DNA of 64,000 bases from Bacteroidales bacterium (lineage in GTDB: Bacteria; Bacteroidota; Bacteroidia; Bacteroidales; FEN-979), in assembly GCA_023231065.1 (NCBI GenBank), contig JALNWE010000004.1, positions 5,167-69,166 of the forward strand, read 5' to 3'. Both the position numbers and the translations under genes were made by a program. The notes below the pieces were generated by a model, which saw only the letters and a list, made by a program, of their open reading frames with translations, made no database searches and had not been told where the DNA came from. Shown here in pieces: positions 26,865 to 37,355 of the stretch. Each line of letters begins with the position of its first letter. Within the stretch, counting starts at the first letter, position 1.

Positions 26865-29108
26865 TCAGTTCAGGAAAATAGATGTTGAGATTGTTTCCTT
26901 TGAATTGGAGCCTATTTGGATGATAAATTCACCAGGTTCCCAGTATTTTTTCAGATCGGGATGATAAAAGGCAAGATCATCCCTGGTCAGGATAAAGGTT
27001 ATTGTCCTTGTTTTTCCTTTAGGGACCAGTATTTTTTGGAACCCTTTAAGCTCTTTAACCGGGCGGGTAATGGCGCCAATTTTGTCATGGACATATAGCT
27101 GGACCACTTCTTCCCCATCGCGGTCACCGGTGTTGGTAACATGGGCCCTGATATTGACAGTGTCCCCTGAAAGGGTAGCTTCCAGACCAGAATATGTGAA
27201 TGAGGTATAGCTTAACCCATATCCGAATGGGTAAAGAGGATCATTGTCAACATCAAGGTAACGGGAAACGTATTTTTCATCCGGTTTTTCAGGGTTAAAC
27301 GGTCTCCCTGTATTTTTTGAATTATAAAACAACGGGATCTGTCCGACATTTTTAGGGAAAGTCATGGTCAGTTTGCCCGATGGGTTGATATCACCGAAAA
27401 GGATGTCGGCGATTCCATTTCCTGCCTGGGTCCCCCCAAACCATGATTCGAGGATGGCAGGCGCAATTTCGTTCAGCCTGGTCAAAGTCAGCGGGCGTCC
27501 GTTGAACAACACCACCACGATCGGTTTCCCCGTATTGATGATCATTTCAGCCAGTTCTTCCTGTACGCCGGGAAGGTTGAGACCGGAGCGGCTGGCGGCT
27601 TCTCCGCTCATTTCGCGATCCTCTCCCAGCGCGAGTATCACGTAATCTGCATGGTTTGCCACATCCAGGGCTTTTTCGAACCCGCTTTTGTCGGCATCGT
27701 TCACATTACATCCTTTTTCAAAGACGACCGGTATCTTTCCGTTGACCTTGTTTCTAATTCCTTCCAGAAGGGTAATGCACTTTTCCCATTCTCCCGCCGC
27801 TGACCAGCCACCCAGCATGTCTCCCTTTGAATCGGCCAGCGGGCCAATCACGGCGATGCTTCCAACCCCTGCGGGAATGGGAAGCGTTTGTTTGTCATTC
27901 TTCAGCAGGACACAACTTTCGGTAACCATTTTCCGGGCCAAGGCCAGCTTTTCCGGGGTCATGATCTCTGTTTCCTGGCGCGTTTTATTGCAATAACGAT
28001 AGGGATCTTCAAAAAGTCCTAACAGCGCTTTGGCTTCTAATACTGACCGTACGGCTTCATCGATCCTCGCCTGAGAGACTTTTTTTTCGTTCAATAATTC
28101 TCCAAGGTAATTCAAAAACGTACTACCCTCCATGTCCATATCCACGCCGGCATTTATCGCCAACCGGGCAGCATCCTTATTGTCTTCCGCAACGCCATGA
28201 TTGACCATTTCATTGATGGCGGTCCAGTCAGTCACAATAAATCCCTTAAAACCCCATTCTTTTCTCAGGAGATCAGTCAGGAGCCAGGCATTGCAGGTGG
28301 AAGGGATCCCGGCTATTTCATTGAAAGAGGTCATAAGAGACCCGGCGCCGGCATCAACAGCCGCTTTGTAAGGAGGAAGATACCATTCATACAGGGAGAC
28401 TGGCGACATATCCACGGGGTTATAATCGCGACCAGCCATAGCGGCCCCGTAGGCGGCAAAATGCTTAACACAAGCCATGAGGGTGTTTTCTGATTTCAGG
28501 TCATTGCCCTGGAATCCCCTGACCCTGGCTGCCGCGATCTTACCCCCTAACCATGCGTCTTCACCGGCGGCTTCCATCACCCTTCCCCACCGGGGATCAC
28601 GCGCTATATCGACCATCGGCGCAAAAGTCCAGTTGATCCCTGCCGCGGTAGCTTCAATGGCCGCAACCCGTTCGGCTTCTTCAATCAGCTTTAAATTCCA
28701 GGTGCAAGCCTGGCCTAAAGGGATCGGAAAGATCGTACGGAACCCATGGATCACATCATAACCAAAAAGCAAAGGGATCTTCATCCGGGACCCTTCCACT
28801 GCCAGCTTTTGTACTTCCCGGACATAATCAACCGAGAAGGCATTTAAAACGGCTCCTGCATTACCCTCTTTGATCAGTTTTTTGTAATCATTATTCATCG
28901 ATGGCCCCGTGTTGTCCCATCCTGATGCAAACAGCGAAAGCTGACCGATCTTTTCTTCGATGGTCATCTGCCTCATTAAAGTTTCGATTTTTATCTGATC
29001 GGCAGGAGAAATATTTTGTCTGGTATTTTTCTGTGCTTCAACTGAATGACATAAAATCAGTATGGCAACCAGCAGGAAAAGGATTTTCGGTTTGGAACTT
29101 TTCATCAA
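26865..29108 (-). CDS. bglX: Periplasmic GH3 beta-glucosidase (BglX-like)
   Basis: GYDVIHG, APMVDIARDPRWGRVMEAAGED, KHFAAYG, IVTDW (nucleophile), GEAASR, GKLTMTFP, LYPFGYGLSYT, ELKGF. Confidence 0.93.
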   Translation of the reverse strand: MMKSSKPKILFLLVAILILCHSVEAQKNTRQNISPADQIKIETLMRQMTIEEKIGQLSLFASGWDNTGPSMNNDYKKLIKEGNAGAVLNAFSVDYVREVQKLAVEGSRMKIPLLFGYDVIHGFRTIFPIPLGQACTWNLKLIEEAERVAAIEATAAGINWTFAPMVDIARDPRWGRVMEAAGEDAWLGGKIAAARVRGFQGNDLKSENTLMACVKHFAAYGAAMAGRDYNPVDMSPVSLYEWYLPPYKAAVDAGAGSLMTSFNEIAGIPSTCNAWLLTDLLRKEWGFKGFIVTDWTAINEMVNHGVAEDNKDAARLAINAGVDMDMEGSTFLNYLGELLNEKKVSQARIDEAVRSVLEAKALLGLFEDPYRYCNKTRQETEIMTPEKLALARKMVTESCVLLKNDKQTLPIPAGVGSIAVIGPLADSKGDMLGGWSAAGEWEKCITLLEGIRNKVNGKIPVVFEKGCNVNDADKSGFEKALDVANHADYVILALGEDREMSGEAASRSGLNLPGVQEELAEMIINTGKPIVVVLFNGRPLTLTRLNEIAPAILESWFGGTQAGNGIADILFGDINPSGKLTMTFPKNVGQIPLFYNSKNTGRPFNPEKPDEKYVSRYLDVDNDPLYPFGYGLSYTSFTYSGLEATLSGDTVNIRAHVTNTGDRDGEEVVQLYVHDKIGAITRPVKELKGFQKILVPKGKTRTITFILTRDDLAFYHPDLKKYWEPGEFIIQIGSNSKETISTSIFLN

Positions 29109-29138
29109 GGGCGGCCCATTATGAATTGTTAATAAAAA

Positions 29139-31121
29139 TCAATGAGTGAACCCAAGTTTTGTAAGGCCGGCCTGGACTTCGGGCGACGACATGAAGAGGT
29201 TCCATAAAAGGGCGGTCCGGTAATTTTCGATCATACAAACGATCGGTCCCTCATCGATGGCAAGATAGGAATCGGCCCACCATCCTTCAGTTACATCATA
29301 AGCATCATAAAAGCCATAATTTCCCCACAGACGATCCCCCAACTGGTAATAGAAAAACCGGATCGTGTTCATGGATTGTGTTGGGACATACGGCAAAGCG
29401 GATATGGCGGCAGTGGGTGTTATGACCCCAAGGTCGTTGGCAGGTGACTGGGCATCGTAGCCCCAGGGGTTGTCACTGGCTGTAAGCCCCCATGAAAGTT
29501 TGCTATAATCCATGTAGCCATTGGGATTTGTAAAACAGTGAGTCCAGTTGATCAACGATTGGTTCACATTCTGTTCCCAGTAATTGGCATATTGATCCTG
29601 GAGATTTCGCGGATCAAGACCGAGAAACGAGTAATGGGTAAAGAAAAGCGGACCGCCATAAGGGTCCCCCAGTGGGAGACGATATCCATAATAGCTGTTG
29701 CCATTTTTAATAGCCCCGCTTTTTGCATATCCCTGGTGATAAACCACGGCCGGTATTGGATGAGTGGTCGAGGTGGCAGCAACGATATAGGTGATCAAAG
29801 TTTCGTTGTAACCCTGGATGGGCATGTTCATATGCCATTGGTAATTGGGGGACCAATGCCAGTAGAGGACATTCTGGCCATTCTGCCTGAACCAGTCGTA
29901 TTCAACGGCATCGGTCAGCGTGGTAATCCGCTGGATCAGGGTTTGCTCCGCGGGTATCGCGGCATCCAGGTATTGCTTCATCGCGATCAGCCCTTCGATC
30001 ATATAGGAAGTTTCAACCAGATCTGCCCCGTCATCATAAGTGGTGAAAGGATGGACCCTTCCCGTACTCCCGTTCAGCCAATGGGGCCAGGCGCCATGAT
30101 ACCGGTCGCAGGTTTCCAGAAAGGTCAATATTTTATTCATCCGGGTCAGTCCCTGGTCGCGCGTTATGAATCCCCGTTCCATACCTACAATTAAAGCCAT
30201 GACCCCAAAACCGGAACCACCGATGGTAACGACATCGCCGGAGGTATTTCGTTCTCTCGCCAGTCCACAGTTCGGATGGGCAAAATCGTAAAAGTATCGG
30301 AATGTCTGTTCCTGTACCAGGGTAAGGAGCTGATCATCCGGAATGATGGGAAATTTGGGCGTTGAATCCAGCGCGGTATAGAACGCGTTGTAAAAGCCAT
30401 CGAAAGGGAACCCGTTTTGGGAGGTTAAATTCTTAGAAATATTCAAAAAGCACCTGGAATAGTCCGTCAATTGTTTTGAATTTGTGATAAGGAGTTTTTT
30501 ATTTTCATTGGTGAGAGAAAAGATAAGCGGCATCCCTGACGACATAGTAAAAAAAGAGCTAAGGGTTGAAGGGTCCAAAGGGTCCGAAAAGGTAATTTCA
30601 ACTTTCACAGAATCCTTTTTCCCATTGATATTTTTCGGGACCATGGGCACCTGGAAAGGTTGTTTGTTTATGGTGATGGTTTCGATAGTGAGTTTACCGG
30701 CAATTGTGGTGAAAAGTAACTCTACTCCCGTGAATGTTTCGCCGTTGATTCCTTTTAATCCTGATGTGACCTGCAATCGATAGTTTGCGGAATGATCCAG
30801 CGGTTGTTGAAAAACAAGCCGGACCGCTGTATTGTTTTGAAACAGCGTAAGGTCACAGGGTATTTCTGTATTATTGGTTTTTGTGAGTAAAATGCTGCCA
30901 TTTGCAGAAGAAGGGTCAAGGGTGTTATTAAAATATATATAAATAGAGCTGTCAACCGGGACATCTTTGGCCGTCTCCCCGATTTTAAGAATTACAGGCC
31001 CGGCTTTTACCTGTGCTAACTGGATTGAACCGGTCGGTGTATCTGAACTTTTCTTTTTACACCCGGTACAGAAAAAAATGGCAACTACCAGGAATGCTGC
31101 AATAATCGGATAAACTCTCAT
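29139..31121 (-). CDS. GH144 endo-beta-1,2-glucanase lipoprotein with two N-terminal Ig-like (Big_5) domains
   Basis: Lipobox CTGC-KKKSSD; GLARERN, TIGGSGFGVMALIVGMERGFITR, HGAWPHW, GADLVETSY, GYNETLITY, GPLFFTHYSFLGLDPR, WGLTASD, YLAIDEGP (CpSGL/Cpin_6279 type). Confidence 0.9.
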   Translation of the reverse strand: MRVYPIIAAFLVVAIFFCTGCKKKSSDTPTGSIQLAQVKAGPVILKIGETAKDVPVDSSIYIYFNNTLDPSSANGSILLTKTNNTEIPCDLTLFQNNTAVRLVFQQPLDHSANYRLQVTSGLKGINGETFTGVELLFTTIAGKLTIETITINKQPFQVPMVPKNINGKKDSVKVEITFSDPLDPSTLSSFFTMSSGMPLIFSLTNENKKLLITNSKQLTDYSRCFLNISKNLTSQNGFPFDGFYNAFYTALDSTPKFPIIPDDQLLTLVQEQTFRYFYDFAHPNCGLARERNTSGDVVTIGGSGFGVMALIVGMERGFITRDQGLTRMNKILTFLETCDRYHGAWPHWLNGSTGRVHPFTTYDDGADLVETSYMIEGLIAMKQYLDAAIPAEQTLIQRITTLTDAVEYDWFRQNGQNVLYWHWSPNYQWHMNMPIQGYNETLITYIVAATSTTHPIPAVVYHQGYAKSGAIKNGNSYYGYRLPLGDPYGGPLFFTHYSFLGLDPRNLQDQYANYWEQNVNQSLINWTHCFTNPNGYMDYSKLSWGLTASDNPWGYDAQSPANDLGVITPTAAISALPYVPTQSMNTIRFFYYQLGDRLWGNYGFYDAYDVTEGWWADSYLAIDEGPIVCMIENYRTALLWNLFMSSPEVQAGLTKLGFTH

Positions 31122-31157
31122 ATTAAAACCCTCTTTATCAAATTCAGTTTTATTTGG

Positions 31158-31205
31158 AAAAAAGAGGGTGTCTCAAAAGAAATTTTGCTTTTGCGGCACC
31201 CTCTT
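31158..31205 (-). terminator. Intrinsic terminator-like hairpin inside the PUL, after the LamG gene
   Basis: - strand AAGAGGGTGCCGCAAAAG-loop-CTTTTGAGACACCCTCTT followed by TTTT; about 18-bp stem with one mismatch and one G-U pair. Confidence 0.7.
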
Positions 31206-31223
31206 CCGGATAAATAATTGGGA

Positions 31224-32504
31224 TTAAGGTTTTTCTGATTGATACATCAGGTCGATTTCAGTTGCAGTAAGGACCCGGTGGAAAATCCTTACATCATCCA
31301 ACTGACCGCCAAAATGGTTGGAAGTCGGGATGGTATAACCGCCCCACGGTTGGTTGGCCCACAGGGTACCTTGTCTTGATTTGATAAATCCGAAAGCCAG
31401 TCTCGGGTAAACATCAGGCGCAGTGCCTGTCCATTTCAGTCCGGCTGCAGCATTCAATGGTGGATCAGCGAGGGTAAAATCCTCTTCTTTCATCAATTCC
31501 CCATTAAAATACATCTGTGCTTTTTTAGTGGATCCGTTGAACACAAATGTTATTGAGATCCATTTATCCTTGATAACGGAAACCATTCCTTCAGCAGGCG
31601 TCGGAGTGAGGGCTTTACAGTATGTACAGGCTTTCCATCCTCCATTATCCATTGTTAATCCGTCTCCATTGAAAACAAGGTCATGGGGGTTTGTCGCGGG
31701 GTCGCCAACATTGTAGGTCGCGCCAAGTTTACATTCGGCATAGGTTCCCTGAAGTTCAAACTGAAAACCATAATAAGCGCCGAGACCGATGACAAAATGC
31801 CCTTTGGGGTTACCGTCGGCATCAACATGTCCGACTGAGTTTGTCTTCATCCAGAAGTTCAAAGTCATATCAGCAGTGTTTGACAGCTGATCGCCATTTG
31901 GAATTTCTATAATGCTGGTAGTGCCGTCGAAAGTTGCAGCAGTCCCTGCCGAAGCTTTATAGGATGGCGTATAGGTGATGGCAATGACACTATCGGCGTT
32001 AAAAGTACCGACCTGGTCGTTGGCATTGCCTTCGAAATTCCAGTACGCGATCTGACCAACCGGGACAAAGGTCCCTATGGTAGTGAAGGTCCTGAAGAAA
32101 CCTGAGATCGACTGGCCATCAGTGGAGGATATCGACGGGAAGGTGAGTTTAAACAAAGCTCCGTTCCCCAGTTCTTCATCGGGTATGATGGTGATCTTGT
32201 TTCCGGCTAATGTAACGGTCAGAGGTATGCTTTTCTGATCATAATCCCTTACAAGTGTGATGGAGTTGGTTGTCAGGCTTGCAGCATTTACATCCATCGT
32301 GAAAGTCGCTACAATGACAGGGTCTGATGGAACATTATTCGCCGAGGTGGCGCCGTTCAGATTGATACTTCCTCCCTCTAACTGAGCAACCAGCGAAGAG
32401 AGAGAGAACGGGTCTGAATCACTTTTCTTTTTGCAACTTGACAATCCTACCAGGAACGCAAGTGCAATACACAATGTACTTACTAGAACAATTTGTTTTT
32501 TCAT
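31224..32504 (-). CDS. Surface lipoprotein, Big_5 + LamG-like jelly roll (SusE-positioned glycan-binding protein)
   Basis: Lipobox LSSC-KKKSD; IAYWNFEGNAND, TLNFWMK, MYFNGEL, FGGQLDDVRIFHRVLTATEI; directly downstream of susD. Confidence 0.8.
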   Translation of the reverse strand: MKKQIVLVSTLCIALAFLVGLSSCKKKSDSDPFSLSSLVAQLEGGSINLNGATSANNVPSDPVIVATFTMDVNAASLTTNSITLVRDYDQKSIPLTVTLAGNKITIIPDEELGNGALFKLTFPSISSTDGQSISGFFRTFTTIGTFVPVGQIAYWNFEGNANDQVGTFNADSVIAITYTPSYKASAGTAATFDGTTSIIEIPNGDQLSNTADMTLNFWMKTNSVGHVDADGNPKGHFVIGLGAYYGFQFELQGTYAECKLGATYNVGDPATNPHDLVFNGDGLTMDNGGWKACTYCKALTPTPAEGMVSVIKDKWISITFVFNGSTKKAQMYFNGELMKEEDFTLADPPLNAAAGLKWTGTAPDVYPRLAFGFIKSRQGTLWANQPWGGYTIPTSNHFGGQLDDVRIFHRVLTATEIDLMYQSEKP

Positions 32505-32568
32505 GGTTTTAATCGATTTAGGTTAATTATTTGTGATGATTAATAGATATCCGGATTAAATAAATCAG

Positions 32569-34062
32569 TTACCAGTTCGGGTTTTGTGTTAAAGATCCCT
32601 GTGAAATATCAATTTCACTTTGTGGTATCGGTAGAAGTTCATGTTTCCCGGCAACAAACCCAAGCGGGCCTAACACCTGTGCCGCCCTGCCAGTCCTGAT
32701 CAAATCCCAGAAACGCCATCCTTCCATGGCCAGTTCATGACGTCTTTCATTAAAAATAATATCGCGTAATTCATCTTTGTTGAGTGTGGTAATATCCGGA
32801 AGGATAGCGTTATTTCCCTGCCGTGCCCTTTGCCTGACCTGGTTGAGATAGAGTAAGGCTTCGCCAGGTTTATCATTTTCATTCAAAGCTTCAGCAGCCA
32901 TCAACAAAACATCGGCGTACCTGATCAACCGGCGATGATGTCCATACTGGGTGATGACGTTATCGCCGGGGACCCAGACTTTCCGGGTATAACATTCAAT
33001 TTCAATAATATTGCCATGTTCATCGTAGGTAATGTCAGGGGTAGGTCCGTCGCCAAGGATTTTTATACCATCGATGGTGTCGCCCAGGTTGATAACCGTA
33101 CCTTTATATCTTGGGTCACCGGTTTCGAAAGAATTCCTCAGGTCGATGGTCGGACGGTTAAATCCCCAGCCGCGATTGGGGGTCCCCCGCACTCCCTGGG
33201 TGTTGGCATATTGGTTGCCCCCGCCTGTTGTGATTTCCGACTGGAGAGCCCCTACTTCAAAAACAGATTCAACGCCGTTGTTCCCATTAACGCCATTGGC
33301 ATCAATGAAGAGAGGCTCCAACCCGTATTGATTTGAAGTAATCACATCCATGGCATACTTTTCGGCATCGGGGAAATCATTTCTGAAAAGATAAACCCTT
33401 GCCAGTAATGCCTGGGCGGCCCCTTTGGTTGCCCTGCCGATCTCGGTGTTTTTGTATTCTGATTTAAGGGGTAAATTGTCGATGGCGAAATTCAGGTCAC
33501 TGATGATAAGGGTATATACATCTTCGGCAGAAGACCGTTGGAGTTTTAAAGGAGGATCGGTGGTCGTGACCAGCGGGACCCCGCCCCAGGCCCTTACAAA
33601 ATCGAAATAGATCAATCCACGGATGAATTTAGCTTCGGCGATATACCGGGTTTTCAATTCTTCATCCATCGCGATGGCAGGGATTTTTTCAATCACCACG
33701 TTTGCCCTTTTCACGCCTACATACAATGCATTCCAGTAACGGTCGATGCCATCCTGGGTAGTCGTATGGGTAAACACATCATAGGGGCCCACGGTGGAAG
33801 CCGCGTCGTCAGGGTTACTTCCTTTTCGGGCATCATCCGACATGATATCAAAAATGGGAAAGCCTCCCGCGCTGTAATACCATTCCCTGACGGCTTCATA
33901 CGTGGCATTTGTCGCTAACAAAGCATCCGACGGAGAGGTGGGGAATAATTGCTGGGTCAGCGTGCCCTGAAGGTCTTTCTCCAGAAATTTTTTGCATCCG
34001 CTGAAAAATATGCTGGTTGTGACGACCAGGATCGAAAAATATAATTTGGCTTGTGTTCTCAT
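32569..34062 (-). CDS. susD: SusD/RagB-family glycan-binding lipoprotein
   Basis: Lipobox FSGC; YIAEAKFIRGLIYFDFVRAWGGVPL, GRATKGAAQALLARVYL, IRYADVLLMAAEA, ERRHELAMEGWRFWDLIR, LPIPQSEI. Confidence 0.95.
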   Translation of the reverse strand: MRTQAKLYFSILVVTTSIFFSGCKKFLEKDLQGTLTQQLFPTSPSDALLATNATYEAVREWYYSAGGFPIFDIMSDDARKGSNPDDAASTVGPYDVFTHTTTQDGIDRYWNALYVGVKRANVVIEKIPAIAMDEELKTRYIAEAKFIRGLIYFDFVRAWGGVPLVTTTDPPLKLQRSSAEDVYTLIISDLNFAIDNLPLKSEYKNTEIGRATKGAAQALLARVYLFRNDFPDAEKYAMDVITSNQYGLEPLFIDANGVNGNNGVESVFEVGALQSEITTGGGNQYANTQGVRGTPNRGWGFNRPTIDLRNSFETGDPRYKGTVINLGDTIDGIKILGDGPTPDITYDEHGNIIEIECYTRKVWVPGDNVITQYGHHRRLIRYADVLLMAAEALNENDKPGEALLYLNQVRQRARQGNNAILPDITTLNKDELRDIIFNERRHELAMEGWRFWDLIRTGRAAQVLGPLGFVAGKHELLPIPQSEIDISQGSLTQNPNW

Positions 34063-34066
34063 ATCC

Positions 34067-37000
34067 TTAAAAATTTAAATTGATGCCAATTGAATAAACA
34101 GCCGTAATAGGGTATGCGCCATTGTCAATACCCGATGATAAAGGATCACTACTGCTAATTTCCGGAGTATATCCTGTATATTTTGTCAAGGTGTAAAGAT
34201 TATCGGCTTTTACATAAATCCTGAGTTTTTGCATATAAATTTTAGCGCTCCACGAAGAAGGAAGCGTATAACCCAGGGTGACATTCCGTACCCTCAGGAA
34301 AGATCCATCCTGGATGAAATGATCGGAAGGCGTATAATTATAGCCCCCAAAGGAAGCCCGTGGTTCGGTGTCACTGGTCCCAGGCCCAGTCCAACGATCA
34401 AGTACATGACTTTCAAAATTATATGGATCCGGTCTGACAGCTTCTTTTCCATTGAAAATTTTATTTCCTGTCTGACCCTGTATGTTAACTGAAAAGTCAA
34501 TGCCAATAATTTCAAATCCGAAATTAAAACCAAAAATGAAGGTTGGGATCGGGCTCCCGATATAAGTCCTGTCCAAGCCATCAATTTTTCCATCTCCGTT
34601 AACATCAACAAACCGCAGATCGCCTACCACAGCCTGACTATTATGGGGGTAAGCATCCAGTTCGGCCTGGGTCTGAAAGATACCATCAGTCTGATATCCG
34701 TAAAATGCCCCGATAGGTAAGCCCACCTTACTCTGGGTGACCGGGAGCCCATTCCCCAGATACCCACCTATCAGAACAGAATCCACGCCACTGTTCCCGC
34801 CGATGCTCAGTACTTCATTATGGATGGTGGTTCCCAGCACCCCTACATTATATTTAAGTTTCCCAACCTGGTCGCGCCAGGAGAGATTGAATTCGATTCC
34901 CCTGTTCACGACCGAAGCGGCATTGAACATCACTTTAGCGCCGGACCCGTTTCCGAGATATCCGGGTGTGGATAACAGGACAAGGATATCGTCGGTTTTT
35001 TTATTATAATAATCAAATTCCGCGGTAAGCCGGCTGTCAAATAAACCAAATTCAAGCCCGATGTCAGTTTGTGTAGTTACTTCCCACTTCAGGTTGGGAT
35101 TTCCGTTTATCCCATAAGATGCGCCTGAATTGGGATCATTGTTTATTCCAAATATTGCAGGGAGGTCAGATTGAACCCGTGCATAACGTTCCCAGTAATC
35201 AATTTTATCATTTCCGAGCTTACCCCAGCTTGCCCTCACCTTTAATTTATTCAGCCATTTGATGTCCTGCATGAATTTTTCCTCTGAAACATTCCATCCA
35301 AGGGCAAACGACGGGAAACTCGCATATTGGTTATTCGTGGCAAATTTGGATGAACCGTCGCTTCTGAAGGTAGCAGTCACGATATATTTTTTATTGAAGA
35401 CATAATTAACGCGGACCAGAAATGAGATCATGGAATAATATTGTTGCAGGTTCACCGATTCTTCAATCTTGCTGATCGTATTGACGTCATTGGAAGGATC
35501 ATAGATATAGGAAGGCAGGATATACCAGAAACTCTCCCCGTCGCGGATGAGATTGTCGCCGGCTATGTCAAGCCCGTTGGACGTTGCATTTTGCATGGTA
35601 TATCCGGCTATGGCATCGATTGAATGTTTGCCGAATTCTTTTTTATAATTCAGGGTGTTTTCCCACAACCAGGTAAAAGTATAGCTGTTATTCTTGGTCA
35701 GGCGGCTCATGATGTTTTGCTGCTGCGAGATGCTCCCGTTAGGATTATATACTGTATAGGCAGGCGTAAAGCTTTCCGATCTGTTATACCCGGCATCTAC
35801 CCCAAAACTGGTTTTGAAGGTAAAGTCCTTCAGGAAGTTGACATCCATGAAGATGTTTCCGACCCCTCTTACTCCTTTGTTGAAGTTATTTGAATATTCC
35901 AGGTCAGCAAGCGGGTTCCCGACACCGGTAACCGCGGCAAAGCTTCCATCAGCGTAATAAGGTTCCAGCGTTGGTTTTGCCCTGTATGCCTCATAGGTCA
36001 CATTAGGGGCCACCTGCTGGGTATATGGGGCGAGGGTTATATTGTTACCCAGTTTTACATATTGGGATAAGTTATAAATGTTATTTATTTTCAGCGTGAT
36101 ACGTTCATAGTTGGATTTATCAATGATCCCGCCTTGTTTAAAATATCCCCCACTGATGTAATATTGAATATTTTTAGCAGAACCCGAGGCCGATAACTGA
36201 AAATCATAAACCGGGGCCGAATGAAAAATTAAATCCTGCCAGTCAGTGTTTGGAACGGCATCGACATTATTGTAAGTGCCGGATTTAATCTCGTTCGAAA
36301 TAATGGCGAAATCCCGTCCGCTCAACAGATCAATTTTTTTTGCAAGGTTCTGGATCCCCACTTCCCCTGAAAAGTTAAAGACGGTTTTTTCATCCGTGGT
36401 TTTCCCCATTTTTGTGGTCACCATGATAACGCCATTGGCGCCACGCGAACCATAAATAGCAGATGCCGAGGCGTCTTTCAGTACCTCCATGGAGGTGATG
36501 TCGTTGCTGTTAAGGAAAGAGATGTCATCAACAATGACTCCATCGACAACATAGATCGGATTTGAGTTGCCAAAGGTCCCGACGCCCCGGATCCTGACGG
36601 CCGGATTTTCACCAGGTGTTCCGGAAGGGCTGGTAACCTGAACACCGGTCACATTTCCCTGCAGGCTTTGAACCGGGTTAAATGAAGTGATTTTGGTGAT
36701 GTCCTCCGATTTCACACTTCCGACTGATCCGGAAAGGTCGCTTTTCCTCACTGATCCGTAACCGATAACAACCACTTCGTCCAAGGTGGTTTTTTTTAAT
36801 TCCAGGATCGCGTCAACAACCAACTGGTTCCCCAACTCGATTTCTTTCGTGATGTAACCGACATAGGAAAAGACCAGAACGGCTTTCTCTGTCTTCACGG
36901 GTAAGGTGTACTTCCCATCCACGTCGGTGACGGTTCCCGTAGATGTCCCTTTAACCTGTATAGTAGCTCCGGGAAGGGTTTCTTTGGTGTCGGCAGCCGT

Positions 37001-37123
37001 AACTGTCCCTTTGACGGTCCGCACCTGGGCGAAAGACAACCCACTGGACCCTATAACCATTAATAGAAATAAACAGGCCTTCATCAAAACCGGTTTACGC
37101 TTGTGTAAAATTTTATCATACAT
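34067..37123 (-). CDS. susC: SusC/RagA-family TonB-dependent transporter
   Basis: CarboxypepD_reg-like N-domain, LDEVVVIGYG, NPIYVVDG, VLKDASASAIYGSRGANGVIMVTTK, NPNLKWE, DGSFLRVRNVTLGY, C-terminal INLNF. An alternative start is ATG 37084. Confidence 0.96.
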   Translation of the reverse strand: MYDKILHKRKPVLMKACLFLLMVIGSSGLSFAQVRTVKGTVTAADTKETLPGATIQVKGTSTGTVTDVDGKYTLPVKTEKAVLVFSYVGYITKEIELGNQLVVDAILELKKTTLDEVVVIGYGSVRKSDLSGSVGSVKSEDITKITSFNPVQSLQGNVTGVQVTSPSGTPGENPAVRIRGVGTFGNSNPIYVVDGVIVDDISFLNSNDITSMEVLKDASASAIYGSRGANGVIMVTTKMGKTTDEKTVFNFSGEVGIQNLAKKIDLLSGRDFAIISNEIKSGTYNNVDAVPNTDWQDLIFHSAPVYDFQLSASGSAKNIQYYISGGYFKQGGIIDKSNYERITLKINNIYNLSQYVKLGNNITLAPYTQQVAPNVTYEAYRAKPTLEPYYADGSFAAVTGVGNPLADLEYSNNFNKGVRGVGNIFMDVNFLKDFTFKTSFGVDAGYNRSESFTPAYTVYNPNGSISQQQNIMSRLTKNNSYTFTWLWENTLNYKKEFGKHSIDAIAGYTMQNATSNGLDIAGDNLIRDGESFWYILPSYIYDPSNDVNTISKIEESVNLQQYYSMISFLVRVNYVFNKKYIVTATFRSDGSSKFATNNQYASFPSFALGWNVSEEKFMQDIKWLNKLKVRASWGKLGNDKIDYWERYARVQSDLPAIFGINNDPNSGASYGINGNPNLKWEVTTQTDIGLEFGLFDSRLTAEFDYYNKKTDDILVLLSTPGYLGNGSGAKVMFNAASVVNRGIEFNLSWRDQVGKLKYNVGVLGTTIHNEVLSIGGNSGVDSVLIGGYLGNGLPVTQSKVGLPIGAFYGYQTDGIFQTQAELDAYPHNSQAVVGDLRFVDVNGDGKIDGLDRTYIGSPIPTFIFGFNFGFEIIGIDFSVNIQGQTGNKIFNGKEAVRPDPYNFESHVLDRWTGPGTSDTEPRASFGGYNYTPSDHFIQDGSFLRVRNVTLGYTLPSSWSAKIYMQKLRIYVKADNLYTLTKYTGYTPEISSSDPLSSGIDNGAYPITAVYSIGINLNF

Positions 37124-37159
37124 AATGAACAGGATTTAGTCAGGAATAATATTTCATAG

Positions 37160-37167
37160 CTAAGTTA
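37160..37167 (-). promoter_or_regulatory. Putative -7 element (TAACTTAG, near-consensus) of the susC promoter
   Basis: One mismatch to TAnnTTTG, about 35 nt upstream of susC. Confidence 0.35.
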
Positions 37168-37355
37168 CGAATGAAATACCTAAGAAATCAATTATTTTAT
37201 TTTACATGGATACTTCATTCCTCTGAATAATTATTTTGAATGTACGCCAGCGCTACTTCAAATAAGGATTGACCGTGCTTAAAATACTAAGATCCTGTAT
37301 TTTAAAATATCAGAATGAAAATATTCAACAAAGCGCGAAAGAGAATGAAGTGTTG

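Noticed and set aside
14348-31121. Literal labels cellobiose phosphorylase, glucoamylase and beta-galactosidase
   Set aside because: These are generic fold names; motifs and context point to beta-1,2-glucan enzymes. Activities remain untested.
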